The notes below the pieces were generated by a model, which did no database searches, was not told the DNA's origin, and saw nothing but the letters and a program-made list of their open reading frames with translations. From a virus, in IMG/VR virus record IMGVR_UViG_3300045988_137238, positions 1-37,046 of that record: DNA of 37,046 nucleotides, one strand, 5' to 3'. The translations under genes and the position numbers were made by a program. Positions 26,487-34,179 of this stretch are shown piece by piece. Position 1 is the stretch's first letter. The number at the start of each line of letters is the position of its first letter.

Positions 26487-26663
26487 ATGAATATCGATTT
26501 ACAGAAACTGCAAAACAACTATGCAAGCAAGCTCGGCGTGTTGGAAGCCAATAACACTCTGCAGGAATTGCAGATTGACCAATTGACCGAAGAGAACGCC
26601 AATTTGAAGAAGCAACTGGAAGATTTAAAGGCTAAGCAAGCAGATACTGCTAAGGAGGACTAA
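26487..26663 (+). CDS. Small coiled-coil protein (58 aa)
   Basis: ATG follows ggagga. Heptad-like LQ..L..EN..LKKQLEDLK. Confidence 0.5.
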   Translation: MNIDLQKLQNNYASKLGVLEANNTLQELQIDQLTEENANLKKQLEDLKAKQADTAKED

Positions 26664-26665
26664 TT

Positions 26666-26923
26666 ATGCAAATTAATGTATCAAACATTGTTTTTAACTT
26701 CTCAACCACGACGCCAGGCCAAGTCGACGCGGCCAACTTCACTTTCTACGGATCCGATCCTAGCACGGGCGAGTTCCTAAACAACACGGTGCGCGTTGAC
26801 AAGGCCGAACTGCCGGAAGGTGCTACGTTTTTCACGGGCTTAGACAAAGCCCAGACGATTGCACGGCAAAAGCTGCTCAAGTATCTGGCACTGCCTACCG
26901 ATACGACGACTACGACTGCTTAA
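26666..26923 (+). CDS. Hypothetical structural-module protein (85 aa)
   Basis: SD aaggagg. No motif recognised. Confidence 0.5.
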   Translation: MQINVSNIVFNFSTTTPGQVDAANFTFYGSDPSTGEFLNNTVRVDKAELPEGATFFTGLDKAQTIARQKLLKYLALPTDTTTTTA

Positions 26924-26936
26924 GGAGATGATGCAG

Positions 26937-27413
26937 ATGACACTGCAGACGATTGACCTTTGGGACGAGCCAAGCCCGTTTCAGAACGAGGATGCCTACG
27001 AGCAGAAACAACATAACTGGCAGACATTGCGTGGTTATTTTGGCTACTACGCCAATTACCTGGAAGAGTCGGCCGAAAATAATCAAACGCGCATCGACAA
27101 TCTCATTAAAAATGCACCCCAACCGTCCGAAATCGTGGATGCACGTACGGCAAGCGATGGCACGGTATATGCCACACTGCACGCGCGCCTGGTCAACCTT
27201 GACGACGGCAAGATTGGCTATGAGGATGCATCCCAGCTGACCGGAGTCACTCGCACGCTTAAACTGCGGGGATTCAACACGGTCTCATCCCCGATTAAAG
27301 AGAGCAAAATGCAGATGATCACTGATGACTATGACAATCACGGTCAGGAAGGGCTGAAAGTCATTGCTGTCTCGTCAATCCAAGTAACCAAAGGGAGTGA
27401 GCTGAATGGTTGA
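26937..27413 (+). CDS. Hypothetical tail-accessory protein (158 aa)
   Basis: aaggag (26922-26927) is followed by three in-frame ATGs, and 26937 has the best spacing. ...PSEIVDARTASDGTVYATLHARL... resembles the N-terminal motif of baseplate/fibre accessory proteins. This is a weak call. Confidence 0.45.
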   Translation: MTLQTIDLWDEPSPFQNEDAYEQKQHNWQTLRGYFGYYANYLEESAENNQTRIDNLIKNAPQPSEIVDARTASDGTVYATLHARLVNLDDGKIGYEDASQLTGVTRTLKLRGFNTVSSPIKESKMQMITDDYDNHGQEGLKVIAVSSIQVTKGSELNG

Positions 27414-27789
27414 GTCGATTAAGCTGATGAAAACCAAAGGCGCTGACGCTGAACAGGTCTATCCGGAAACCCACGCTGGCGTTGTGCACGGACTGACCAG
27501 TGCAATCAGCACGGTAGCAGGCGGTCATGACAACAAGCTGCCGGATGGTGCCGACTTAAACGCATGCACGAGTGGCTCAGACGCAGGCATGAAAGTCTAC
27601 ATCATCGATGGCGTGCATATCAAAAACGGTCCGCAGAGTGTCGTATCTACACAGTGCTGGGCGGCGCTGGTGGTTATCGACATCAACGACAACGCCGCTG
27701 TACAACAGTACTACGATGCTGATGGTAGTGTGTGGGTGCGTGGCGCCAACGGGGACAATAAGACCTGGAACAGCTGGAATAAACATTAG
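27406..27789 (+). CDS. Knob-like (pyocin-knob-domain-like) putative receptor-binding accessory protein
   Basis: 127 aa. ...DLNACTSGSDAGMKVYIIDGVHIKNGPQ...WAALVVIDINDNAAVQQYYDADGSVWVRGANGDNKTWNSWNK follows the pattern of fibre knob domains. Judged from memory. Confidence 0.4.
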   Translation: MVESIKLMKTKGADAEQVYPETHAGVVHGLTSAISTVAGGHDNKLPDGADLNACTSGSDAGMKVYIIDGVHIKNGPQSVVSTQCWAALVVIDINDNAAVQQYYDADGSVWVRGANGDNKTWNSWNKH

Positions 27790-27800
27790 GAGATGATGAC

Positions 27801-28289
27801 ATGAGCACTTATATCGCAGACGTACTCGACAATGACGGCAACTCAATCCGGCCAATCACGGACTGGACGGCAATCCAAAATGCGCCAGACTTTGCATCAC
27901 AAATTCAGGGCGTCAAAAACAGCCTGACTGGTGACTCCGGGACATGGACCAGCAATGGACTGCAGTTTTTAAACGGTGCCGGCCAAGCTGATGGCACGCC
28001 GGTCGAATACAAGTACGAACATATTGGAGCGTACAAGGCACTGATGATTTCTGGCGCGATTAAGCTGCCGGGCTTGGATTCAGCCAAGAGTGCCGACATT
28101 CTGCAGGTGCCAGTCCCAGACTGGTGGGACAACAGCCACTGTATCGTGCTTAACTACCTGGTGCCGACGTGGGACAGCACACAGAACTGGTTTACGTGGA
28201 ACAACGGGAAAATCAACTTGAACAACCACTCCGGCTCGGCACAACAAGCAACGTCATGGATGGACTTCCAAATCATGGTGCTTTGTTAA
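27801..28289 (+). CDS. Hypothetical fibre-accessory protein (162 aa)
   Basis: SD aggag. The N-terminus DNDGNSIRPITDWTAI resembles the N-terminal tip motif of small trimeric fibre proteins. Confidence 0.45.
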   Translation: MSTYIADVLDNDGNSIRPITDWTAIQNAPDFASQIQGVKNSLTGDSGTWTSNGLQFLNGAGQADGTPVEYKYEHIGAYKALMISGAIKLPGLDSAKSADILQVPVPDWWDNSHCIVLNYLVPTWDSTQNWFTWNNGKINLNNHSGSAQQATSWMDFQIMVLC

Positions 28290-28365
28290 CTTAAAATAAG
28301 TCGCCGAAGAAAGATAACAGTACTACGCGGGGCGGCTTTTAGAGATTGGGGAAGCGAGGTGAGAC

Positions 28366-28749
28366 ATGGAACACCGCAGGTTTTTGATTATCAATGGTTG
28401 TGAAACGTTAGCTACTGGCATTTTTATGTCTATTCAACACCATTTGATGCAAGACGACCCGCACACTCGAATCGTACACGTAACTCAACACCTAGGCGAT
28501 GTCAATTGGACACTAATTTTAGCAATCGTTGGCGTGTACGCAATCGTGGCTGGTGCGTGCAGATGCAGCGAGAAAGCTCAACGCTGGGTACTAATTGTTT
28601 TAGGCTCGTTATGGTGTGCTTACCTTTTTGCTTTTGCCGTACAGGATTTTTACTTCCACGGACATTTTAGCATTAGTACGTTGCTTATGCTGTTCGTGCT
28701 GGTTGGCATTTTCGTTGAGGCCGTCTCAGATGATGGAGGTGGCCGGTGA
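28366..28749 (+). CDS. Multi-pass membrane protein of the lysis region
   Basis: 127 aa with 3-4 hydrophobic helices. SD gaggtga. Confidence 0.55.
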   Translation: MEHRRFLIINGCETLATGIFMSIQHHLMQDDPHTRIVHVTQHLGDVNWTLILAIVGVYAIVAGACRCSEKAQRWVLIVLGSLWCAYLFAFAVQDFYFHGHFSISTLLMLFVLVGIFVEAVSDDGGGR

Positions 28750-29090
28750 TGCACATTTTGTCAACAATTGTAGGAACTCTGCTAGGCGGTGGCACGGTAG
28801 CGGCACTGATCAACTATGCCAGTTCTAAAGGCTCGAACTCAGTCAAACGGGAAGACGTCTACGCTGATCATACGCAAGAGCTTTTTAAACGCCTGGACAA
28901 GCTAACGGATGAGAGAGATGAGCTTAAAGACCAAGTCTTGGAACAGTCCAAGACAATCGATACACTAAATAACCAGATCAAACAGTTACGGCAGGATAAT
29001 GATCGATTGATTGAACAGGTCCGCAAACTGACTGAGAAAGTTAACGAACTAGTTAAGACGGACACTGAACTGAAAGGAGCAACAAAATGA
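28746..29090 (+). CDS. TM + coiled-coil protein of the lysis region
   Basis: 114 aa. One N-terminal TM (ILSTIVGTLLGGGTVAALI) then a long coiled coil. Translationally coupled to both neighbours. Confidence 0.55.
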   Translation: MMHILSTIVGTLLGGGTVAALINYASSKGSNSVKREDVYADHTQELFKRLDKLTDERDELKDQVLEQSKTIDTLNNQIKQLRQDNDRLIEQVRKLTEKVNELVKTDTELKGATK

Positions 29091-29473
29091 AAGTAGCAAA
29101 TGAATTTTTTGAATGGTTGATCCAATCTGGAGCTTTGGTAGCGCTGGTGGCCTTTTTATGGGCATATGCGAAGCCACTGTTGACCGCTAAGGCCAAGACC
29201 GCCAAGACGGAGCAATCGCGTCAGCTATGGACGCTGGCCGAACAGGTCGCGGAAGCAGCTGTCAATGCGATGGCTAGTCGCAACATGAGTGGTGCTGATA
29301 AGCACGCTAAGGCCGTTGACATGGTACAGGCAACGTTAGCCAAGTATGGACACCATATCGCACCAGAAGACGCAGGAGCCGTTGTTCAATCAGCTTATGA
29401 AAAGTCGGGGTTGGCTGATAAGCAAAAGAGCACTAACGATGTAAATAACACACAGCCGGTGCTCAACAAGTAG
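29087..29473 (+). CDS. Holin, LL-H family-like
   Basis: 128 aa with an N-terminal TM (LIQSGALVALVAFLWAYA), then AKTAKTEQSRQLW...AEAAV..ME...GADKHAKAV. Sits directly before the endolysin. Confidence 0.65.
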   Translation: MKVANEFFEWLIQSGALVALVAFLWAYAKPLLTAKAKTAKTEQSRQLWTLAEQVAEAAVNAMASRNMSGADKHAKAVDMVQATLAKYGHHIAPEDAGAVVQSAYEKSGLADKQKSTNDVNNTQPVLNK

Positions 29474-29483
29474 AGGTGATATT

Positions 29484-30419
29484 ATGACGATTAAGGTAGT
29501 AGATGTATACTCTGGCTCGCCACGCAGCTATGCGACAGATCCTAACGCACAAGGCGTCATCGTTAAGGCCACGCAAGGTACAGGTTATGTCAATTCGTAT
29601 TGTGATACCGATTATCAAGCAGCAAAGAATGCCGGCAAGCTATTAGGCGTTTATCACTATGCCGCTGGCGGTGATCCTATTGAGGAAGCCAAGTTTTTCA
29701 TTGCTAACGCCAAAAACTACATCGGTGAAGCAATCCTTGGCTTGGATTGGGAATCAGGTCAGAATGCCAGCTGGGGCAATACTAACTGGTGCCGGACGTT
29801 TGTAGACTACGTGCACAACCAGACTGGTGTCTATCCAATTATCTACGTGCAGTTCTCTGGGGTCTGGCAAGTGGCCAACTGCTCCAATTCCTGTGGCTTG
29901 TGGGCTGCTGGTTATCCAACCTACGCTGACAGCTGGGCAGTACCGTCATTCTTGAGTTCTTATAATTTCAGCCCTTGGACCAACTTGACCGGCTGGCAGT
30001 ATACTGGCAACACGATGGATCGTTCAGAGTTCTATCTTGATGCGGATGGTTGGCACAAACTGGCCAAGGGGGATGGCACGGTTCAGCCATCAACTCAGCC
30101 GCAACCACAGCAAGATAAGAAGGCTGCTGCAGAGCCTACGTCATCCGGTACTACTTGGCAGGACAGTTTGGGTGTTACCTGGCATGCCGAAAATGGCAAG
30201 TTCACGGTAGGCTCTGGTTATGTCCTACACTTGCGCTGGGGTGCTACGCCTTCTAGCTCTGTGATTGCCGTATTATATGGAGGATCAGTAGTTAATTATG
30301 ATGCATGGGCACGGACTAATGACTTTGTCTATCTGCGACAGCCACGCGGTAATGGTCAATACGGATATATTGCCTGTCGAGATGCACGCACTAATGAAGC
30401 ATACGGATCGTTTGAATAG
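29484..30419 (+). CDS. Endolysin: GH25 muramidase with C-terminal cell-wall-binding domain
   Basis: MTIKVVDVYSGSP...GVIVKATQGTGYVNSY...GVYHYA...LDWE... is the GH25 pattern. A Q/P-rich linker is followed by an SH3b-like C-terminus. Confidence 0.85.
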   Translation: MTIKVVDVYSGSPRSYATDPNAQGVIVKATQGTGYVNSYCDTDYQAAKNAGKLLGVYHYAAGGDPIEEAKFFIANAKNYIGEAILGLDWESGQNASWGNTNWCRTFVDYVHNQTGVYPIIYVQFSGVWQVANCSNSCGLWAAGYPTYADSWAVPSFLSSYNFSPWTNLTGWQYTGNTMDRSEFYLDADGWHKLAKGDGTVQPSTQPQPQQDKKAAAEPTSSGTTWQDSLGVTWHAENGKFTVGSGYVLHLRWGATPSSSVIAVLYGGSVVNYDAWARTNDFVYLRQPRGNGQYGYIACRDARTNEAYGSFE

Positions 30420-30438
30420 TATCTACAATTAAATATTT

Positions 30439-30535
30439 AAAAAGCCCTACACACGGCATCAAAAAATCTTAAAAAGAAAAGAGGCGAACCCTCTTCTTTT
30501 TTGAAGACTGGCCGTGTATAGGGCTTTTTTATTTT
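30439..30535. terminator. Nested bidirectional terminator after the lysis module
   Basis: The outer 14-bp stem is gccctacacacggc (30444-30457) / gccgtgtatagggc (30511-30524), with one mismatch, flanked by A-run and T-run. It encloses the inner hairpin aagagg-cgaac-cctctt (30479-30495) plus a T-run. Confidence 0.7.
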
Positions 30536-30654
30536 TGTTTTCTTTTTAAAATGCCCAGAAACGTTGATGTGGCGGGCTTCTTTTCTTTTCGCTTTCTTGC
30601 ACATCCCTTTGCAACTAGACCAATTTTAAACAAAACATCATTCCGAAGTGCCGT

Positions 30655-30673
30655 GTGCACCAAATGTGCACCA
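30655..30673 (+). repeat. Candidate integrase arm-type site, copy 1 (gtgcaccaaatgtgcacca)
   Basis: Exact 19-mer, itself GTGCACCA-aat-GTGCACCA (11-nt phasing). Confidence 0.5.
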
Positions 30674-30836
30674 ACTTTAAAATTTTATGGGGTTTTTCAA
30701 GTTTTTTATGCCGTAAAAACCGCTATAAATAAGGATTCGTGGTTCTCTAGGCTTCTTCAAAATTCTTCAAAAATGAGACGGGTGGGCAGTAACACTACTC
30801 CACAAACGTTGATTTAACAGTATTCTTGAGCTAAAC

Positions 30837-30855
30837 GTGCACCAAATGTGCACCA
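30837..30855 (+). repeat. Candidate integrase arm-type site, copy 2 (gtgcaccaaatgtgcacca)
   Basis: Exact copy abutting the int stop codon. Confidence 0.5.
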
Positions 30856-31944
30856 TTAGATGGATTCAAGCGCGGCGATGATCAGTTCATCGGTCTGGGC
30901 TTTGTACTCATCGATCAAGTAAGCATAAGTGTTAGACGTGATCACGGTCGAAGAGTGACCAAGTCGTTTGCTGATGGCGTAGAGATCAATGCCACTCGCT
31001 AACAAGAGAGCCACGTGTGAGTGACGGAGACTGTGGAAGTGGAAGTTCTGCCGGTTAATGCCTAAGTCGGCCAGGAGCGTTCTCAGCGTCTTATTGACGG
31101 CGTTACTGGTGGGAATGGTGCCAAACTGGGTGAGGAAAACCATATTGCTTTTAGAATGCGTTCTAAGCCCTCTCAGAAGCGCCAGAAGATGACGATTCAC
31201 CTTGATGACCCGATTAGACGATTCTGTTTTAGTCGGCTTGAATTGGCGTGTATGGGCGTCCCACGACTTGTTGATCGTGATTGTAGATTTAATCCAATCA
31301 ATGTCCGACCACGTAAGTGCCTGAATCTCAGCTAACCGCATTCCCGTATAAATCGCCGTCACAATCATGTGGCGGGAAGTGTAGCGATGGGTTAACCCCG
31401 CTTCAGCGTGTTGGATTAAGCGGTGAATCTCAGCTTTGTTGAGGTAGTCGACCTTGATCGACCGTGACTTATCGCTGTTCAGCTCCACACCTTGCGTGAA
31501 GTCCTTGATCAGATAGTCATCAAGGATCGCTGATTTAACTGCTGATCGAATGTAGCTGTTAACCTTTTTGACTGTGGACGGTGCGTGACAGCTGCCATAG
31601 TCATTGATGAACTCTTGGTAAATCGTCCTGGTGACTTGTCTGATTGGTGTCAGCTTAAAGAACCGACGGACTTCGTTAGCGGTGTAGTGGTACCGGTCAA
31701 GTGTGATCTTCGCCACCTTTGGCTCTTTGTAAGTCATAACCCACTGATCAACGTAATCGGCAAAAGTGATTTCCTTATCGGTCAGGATTCCTTTGGCCAA
31801 GTTAGCTTCATTCTCGACTGCCCACTTTTTAGCCAGGCTCTTAGTCGCGAAGCCGCCTTTGTTTTTAAACCTCCGTTTTCCAGCAGTATCATACCAGCTG
31901 ATACGAGCTTGCCACTTACCAGACCTTTTTACATATGACGCCAT
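30856..31944 (-). CDS. int: Tyrosine recombinase / phage integrase
   Basis: 362 aa. The N-terminal SAM-like domain is MASYVKRSGKWQARISWYD..GKRRFKNKGGFATK. The catalytic region has GMRLAEIQALTW, HSLRHSHVALLL and RLGHSS...TYAYL. Confidence 0.9.
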   Translation of the reverse strand: MASYVKRSGKWQARISWYDTAGKRRFKNKGGFATKSLAKKWAVENEANLAKGILTDKEITFADYVDQWVMTYKEPKVAKITLDRYHYTANEVRRFFKLTPIRQVTRTIYQEFINDYGSCHAPSTVKKVNSYIRSAVKSAILDDYLIKDFTQGVELNSDKSRSIKVDYLNKAEIHRLIQHAEAGLTHRYTSRHMIVTAIYTGMRLAEIQALTWSDIDWIKSTITINKSWDAHTRQFKPTKTESSNRVIKVNRHLLALLRGLRTHSKSNMVFLTQFGTIPTSNAVNKTLRTLLADLGINRQNFHFHSLRHSHVALLLASGIDLYAISKRLGHSSTVITSNTYAYLIDEYKAQTDELIIAALESI

Positions 31945-31993
31945 AATTACACCCCCCTTAATTAAACGTATGTTCGATTTAGTGGCTTTTAAA

Positions 31994-32012
31994 GCCGGCC
32001 ATTATGACCGGC
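31994..32012 (-). terminator. Hairpin terminator directly after the zinc-ribbon membrane gene
   Basis: gccggcc-attat-gaccggc (7 bp, one G-U pair). T-runs are present on both strands (TTT on minus, TTTTT on plus). It begins 6 nt after the stop at 32019. Confidence 0.45.
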
Positions 32013-32018
32013 GCTTTT

Positions 32019-32531
32019 TCATTTGATAGTAAATGACCTTCCGCAATCCAGACACACCCAATCGGATTTTTTGGTTTGCTTACCGGCAAAACCAGCAAGA
32101 GCACCAATTCCACCGGTTAATGCGGCTCCACCAACTGCTTTTCCAACCGAGAACCCCTTACGGTGTTTCCCCGCAAGTTGAATGTTTTTACTACCGCAAC
32201 GTGGACATTTCATTTTTGCTTGCATTCTGTCTTGCTTAGCTTTTTGCAGCTGTTGGATAACTGCTTGAGCCTCAGCATCAGCCTGAGCCTTCTTTTCGGC
32301 TTTAATGCGAGCCTTTTCCTCTTTTTCTTTCTTCATCGCTTCCCTTTCTTGAGGAGTGAGCGAAGCAGGAAACCTTTCATCGTGCTTTTTAATCGCAAAT
32401 TTAGTCGCAAAGTAGGCGACTACAGCAAGAAGGATAAATCCTAAAAATCCGTCGATACTTAAACCAATGATGGCACAAATGATTGTTGTGCCCCATAAGA
32501 TCCACTTTTCTAATGTACTAAAATTTTCCAT
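32019..32531 (-). CDS. 2TM, coiled-coil, C-terminal zinc-ribbon membrane protein (partner of the Abi_2 gene)
   Basis: ATG 32531 follows GGGAGG. The N-terminus MENFSTLEKWILWGTTIICAIIGLSIDGFLGFILLAVVAYFATKFAI holds two TM helices. A K/E/A-rich helix follows. The C-terminus is CPRCGS...GKAVGGAALTGGIGALAGFAG...CLDCG. Confidence 0.65.
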   Translation of the reverse strand: MENFSTLEKWILWGTTIICAIIGLSIDGFLGFILLAVVAYFATKFAIKKHDERFPASLTPQEREAMKKEKEEKARIKAEKKAQADAEAQAVIQQLQKAKQDRMQAKMKCPRCGSKNIQLAGKHRKGFSVGKAVGGAALTGGIGALAGFAGKQTKKSDWVCLDCGRSFTIK

Positions 32532-32536
32532 AGCTA

Positions 32537-32575
32537 CCTCCCAACAGCTTTTAACGTCGATCACGCTTGGACGTA
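32537..32575 (-). repeat. 39-nt leader repeat, copy A (35/39 identical to 34646..34684)
   Basis: cctcccaacagcttttaacgtcgatcacgcttggacgta. Includes the SD complement plus the perfectly shared blocks agcttttaacgtcgatca and ttggacgta. Confidence 0.85.
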
Positions 32576-32585
32576 AAATCATTTT

Positions 32586-33587
32586 CTATGAAGGAAATTT
32601 CATGTTCATAAATTCCTGCAGTCTTGAAATAAAATCTTTATCAACTTCAAATAAATCGTAGATGCTTTTACCGTTAAAAAGGTTTTGATTCCCATAAGTA
32701 TTAACAACTGATTCCAGCTCATCGATCATAGTAGATATAAGATATTGATCGTCTAGAAGTACAATAATACTAACTATAATTGAAAAAAGCCCATTGCGGG
32801 GTAATTCTTCCCCGTTCTTAGTTTTATAAAGAAACGAAATTGAGAACTTCTCTAAAAAAAGTATTTTTTGTGTGTCAGATTCCTTAAGCCGCAACTTAAA
32901 GGTTCTATTACCATGGGCCGAGAGATTTCTAAATCTATAAACTTGTTCTAAACAAATTTTGCAGAATTGCAGTTTATAGTCAGTTGTAACATTCTCATGC
33001 TTTGGCATTCTTTGAAGGAAAATGTTTACAACTTCTTTCTTTTCGTTAATCGATAAGGTGGAATACCAATTTACCATAGAGCCAAAGCTAATAACTTCTG
33101 CCGCTATCCATGGTGGTAAATTGCCTTCTTCATCTATATAGTGTTGGGCGATCTTGCTGCTTTGCTTAGCATCTTCAATTGCATTCATAAAATCGCTGAT
33201 TTTGCCACGTTGCGCTCTTATTTTACTGTAATTTTTTTTATCTAAGTACTTTTCTTCATCAATAGAAAAGTTTCGAGCTACTATATTTGAAACAAGGGCT
33301 TTTAGCCGTTCTTCTACTGCTAGTGAGTATTTAAAAATAATATTGCTAACTTGAACATCAATCCAATGAACTTGATATAACATTTCGAAAGAAGTTCCCG
33401 TTCGATATATATCGGGTTCTTTTTGCTTCAAGAACATATCTTTGTAGCCATTAATAATAGAGTAGTATGGAAATGTCATTAAAGCATTTTTAGCAAATTC
33501 GTAATCGTTTATTTCCACACCGCGACTTTTTAAAATTGCTATTTGCTCATCGAAAGATTTATACGGATGCTTAAAATTTTTAGACAT
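32586..33587 (-). CDS. Abi_2 (AbiD/AbiF-like) abortive-infection protein, HEPN-type R-x4-H motif
   Basis: 333 aa, very AT-rich. The N-terminus KSFDEQIAILKSRGVEINDYEFAKNALMTFPYYSIINGY is the characteristic Abi_2 start. VYRFRNLSAHGNR contains R-N-L-S-A-H. Confidence 0.75.
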   Translation of the reverse strand: MSKNFKHPYKSFDEQIAILKSRGVEINDYEFAKNALMTFPYYSIINGYKDMFLKQKEPDIYRTGTSFEMLYQVHWIDVQVSNIIFKYSLAVEERLKALVSNIVARNFSIDEEKYLDKKNYSKIRAQRGKISDFMNAIEDAKQSSKIAQHYIDEEGNLPPWIAAEVISFGSMVNWYSTLSINEKKEVVNIFLQRMPKHENVTTDYKLQFCKICLEQVYRFRNLSAHGNRTFKLRLKESDTQKILFLEKFSISFLYKTKNGEELPRNGLFSIIVSIIVLLDDQYLISTMIDELESVVNTYGNQNLFNGKSIYDLFEVDKDFISRLQEFMNMKFPS

Positions 33588-33589
33588 GC

Positions 33590-33629
33590 AAAAAGAGCCT
33601 CCCCACTATACAGTAGAAAGGCTCTTTTT
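33590..33629 (-). promoter_or_regulatory. Leader hairpin / terminator-like structure occluding the abi Shine-Dalgarno
   Basis: Perfect 11-bp complement aaaaagagcct (33590-33600) / aggctcttttt (33619-33629). On the mRNA strand it reads ...GGGGAGGCTCTTTTTGCATG, so the SD GGAGG overlaps the 3' arm and the start codon is 2 nt past the stem. Confidence 0.6.
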
Positions 33630-33667
33630 CGCAGGTCTCATCTAGGAAACCCATCTCAGATACCTTT

Positions 33668-33696
33668 ATAGTACCGTATAGTCTATTTTTAGTCAA
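33668..33696 (-). promoter_or_regulatory. Candidate sigma-70-type promoter for the abi / zinc-ribbon unit
   Basis: The minus strand reads TTGACT-17 nt-TACTAT (-35 at 33691-33696, -10 at 33668-33673). It lies just after the stop of the upstream ORF and about 40 nt before the leader hairpin. Confidence 0.45.
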
Positions 33697-33700
33697 CTTG

Positions 33701-34123
33701 TTAATCAACAAATTCAACAATATCTCCCACTGAAATAACTGGATCAGGCTTGATATTTTTTACATCTGAGTTATTTACATTTAAGTTTTTAAATTTTGGC
33801 GATGAGGCCTCTTTGATAAGAGGAGGGACACTGGAAGAGTTAAGGCTTTTTGATACTTTCTTTCTAGCAATTGAATACTTATCACGAACATCAGTGATTT
33901 CTAAGTAATCAATTGGAGGGTTATAACTACCTAGTGGTTCATTTGTATCGGGGTCAGTCAACTCCATGCCTTTCGATTCTACAACTATTTGTTGACCAAC
34001 TTTTGCATACTTTGGTTCACTACCAAAGGGCAAATCGTCTCTATCTACATCATCTTCATATCCATAGTTAATGATAATTCTTGTATCATCTGGAATTGCT
34101 ATAACTTTAATTTCTTTTTTCAC
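33701..34123 (-). CDS. AT-rich orphan cytoplasmic protein (140 aa)
   Basis: GTG 34123 lies 8 nt after GGAGG. VKKEIKVIAIPDDTRIIINYGYEDD...ISVGDIVEFVD has no TM and no recognised family. Confidence 0.5.
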   Translation of the reverse strand: MKKEIKVIAIPDDTRIIINYGYEDDVDRDDLPFGSEPKYAKVGQQIVVESKGMELTDPDTNEPLGSYNPPIDYLEITDVRDKYSIARKKVSKSLNSSSVPPLIKEASSPKFKNLNVNNSDVKNIKPDPVISVGDIVEFVD

Positions 34124-34179
34124 TATAATTGCCTCCAATAAATAATTTATATCCGCCCCTTGCCCCAGCGGGGGATGCT

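Larger units (their letters stand above)
30536..30855. other. attP region (non-coding, repeat-rich, between endolysin and integrase)
   Basis: No credible CDS. Contains direct 19-mers (30655-30673, 30837-30855), direct 10-mers aaacgttgat (30559-30568, 30804-30813) and the tandem ttcttcaaaa x2 (30753-30772). The position is canonical for attP. Confidence 0.6.

Noticed and set aside
30551-30817. 88-aa ORF between endolysin and integrase
   Set aside because: It has no SD, lies behind a strong terminator, and is composed of the direct repeats typical of attP. It is treated as non-coding.
34139-34179. GC-rich segment (ccgccccttgccccagcggggg) considered as a terminator after the lipoprotein gene
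   Set aside because: Only 4-bp stems can be drawn, and there is no T-tract.
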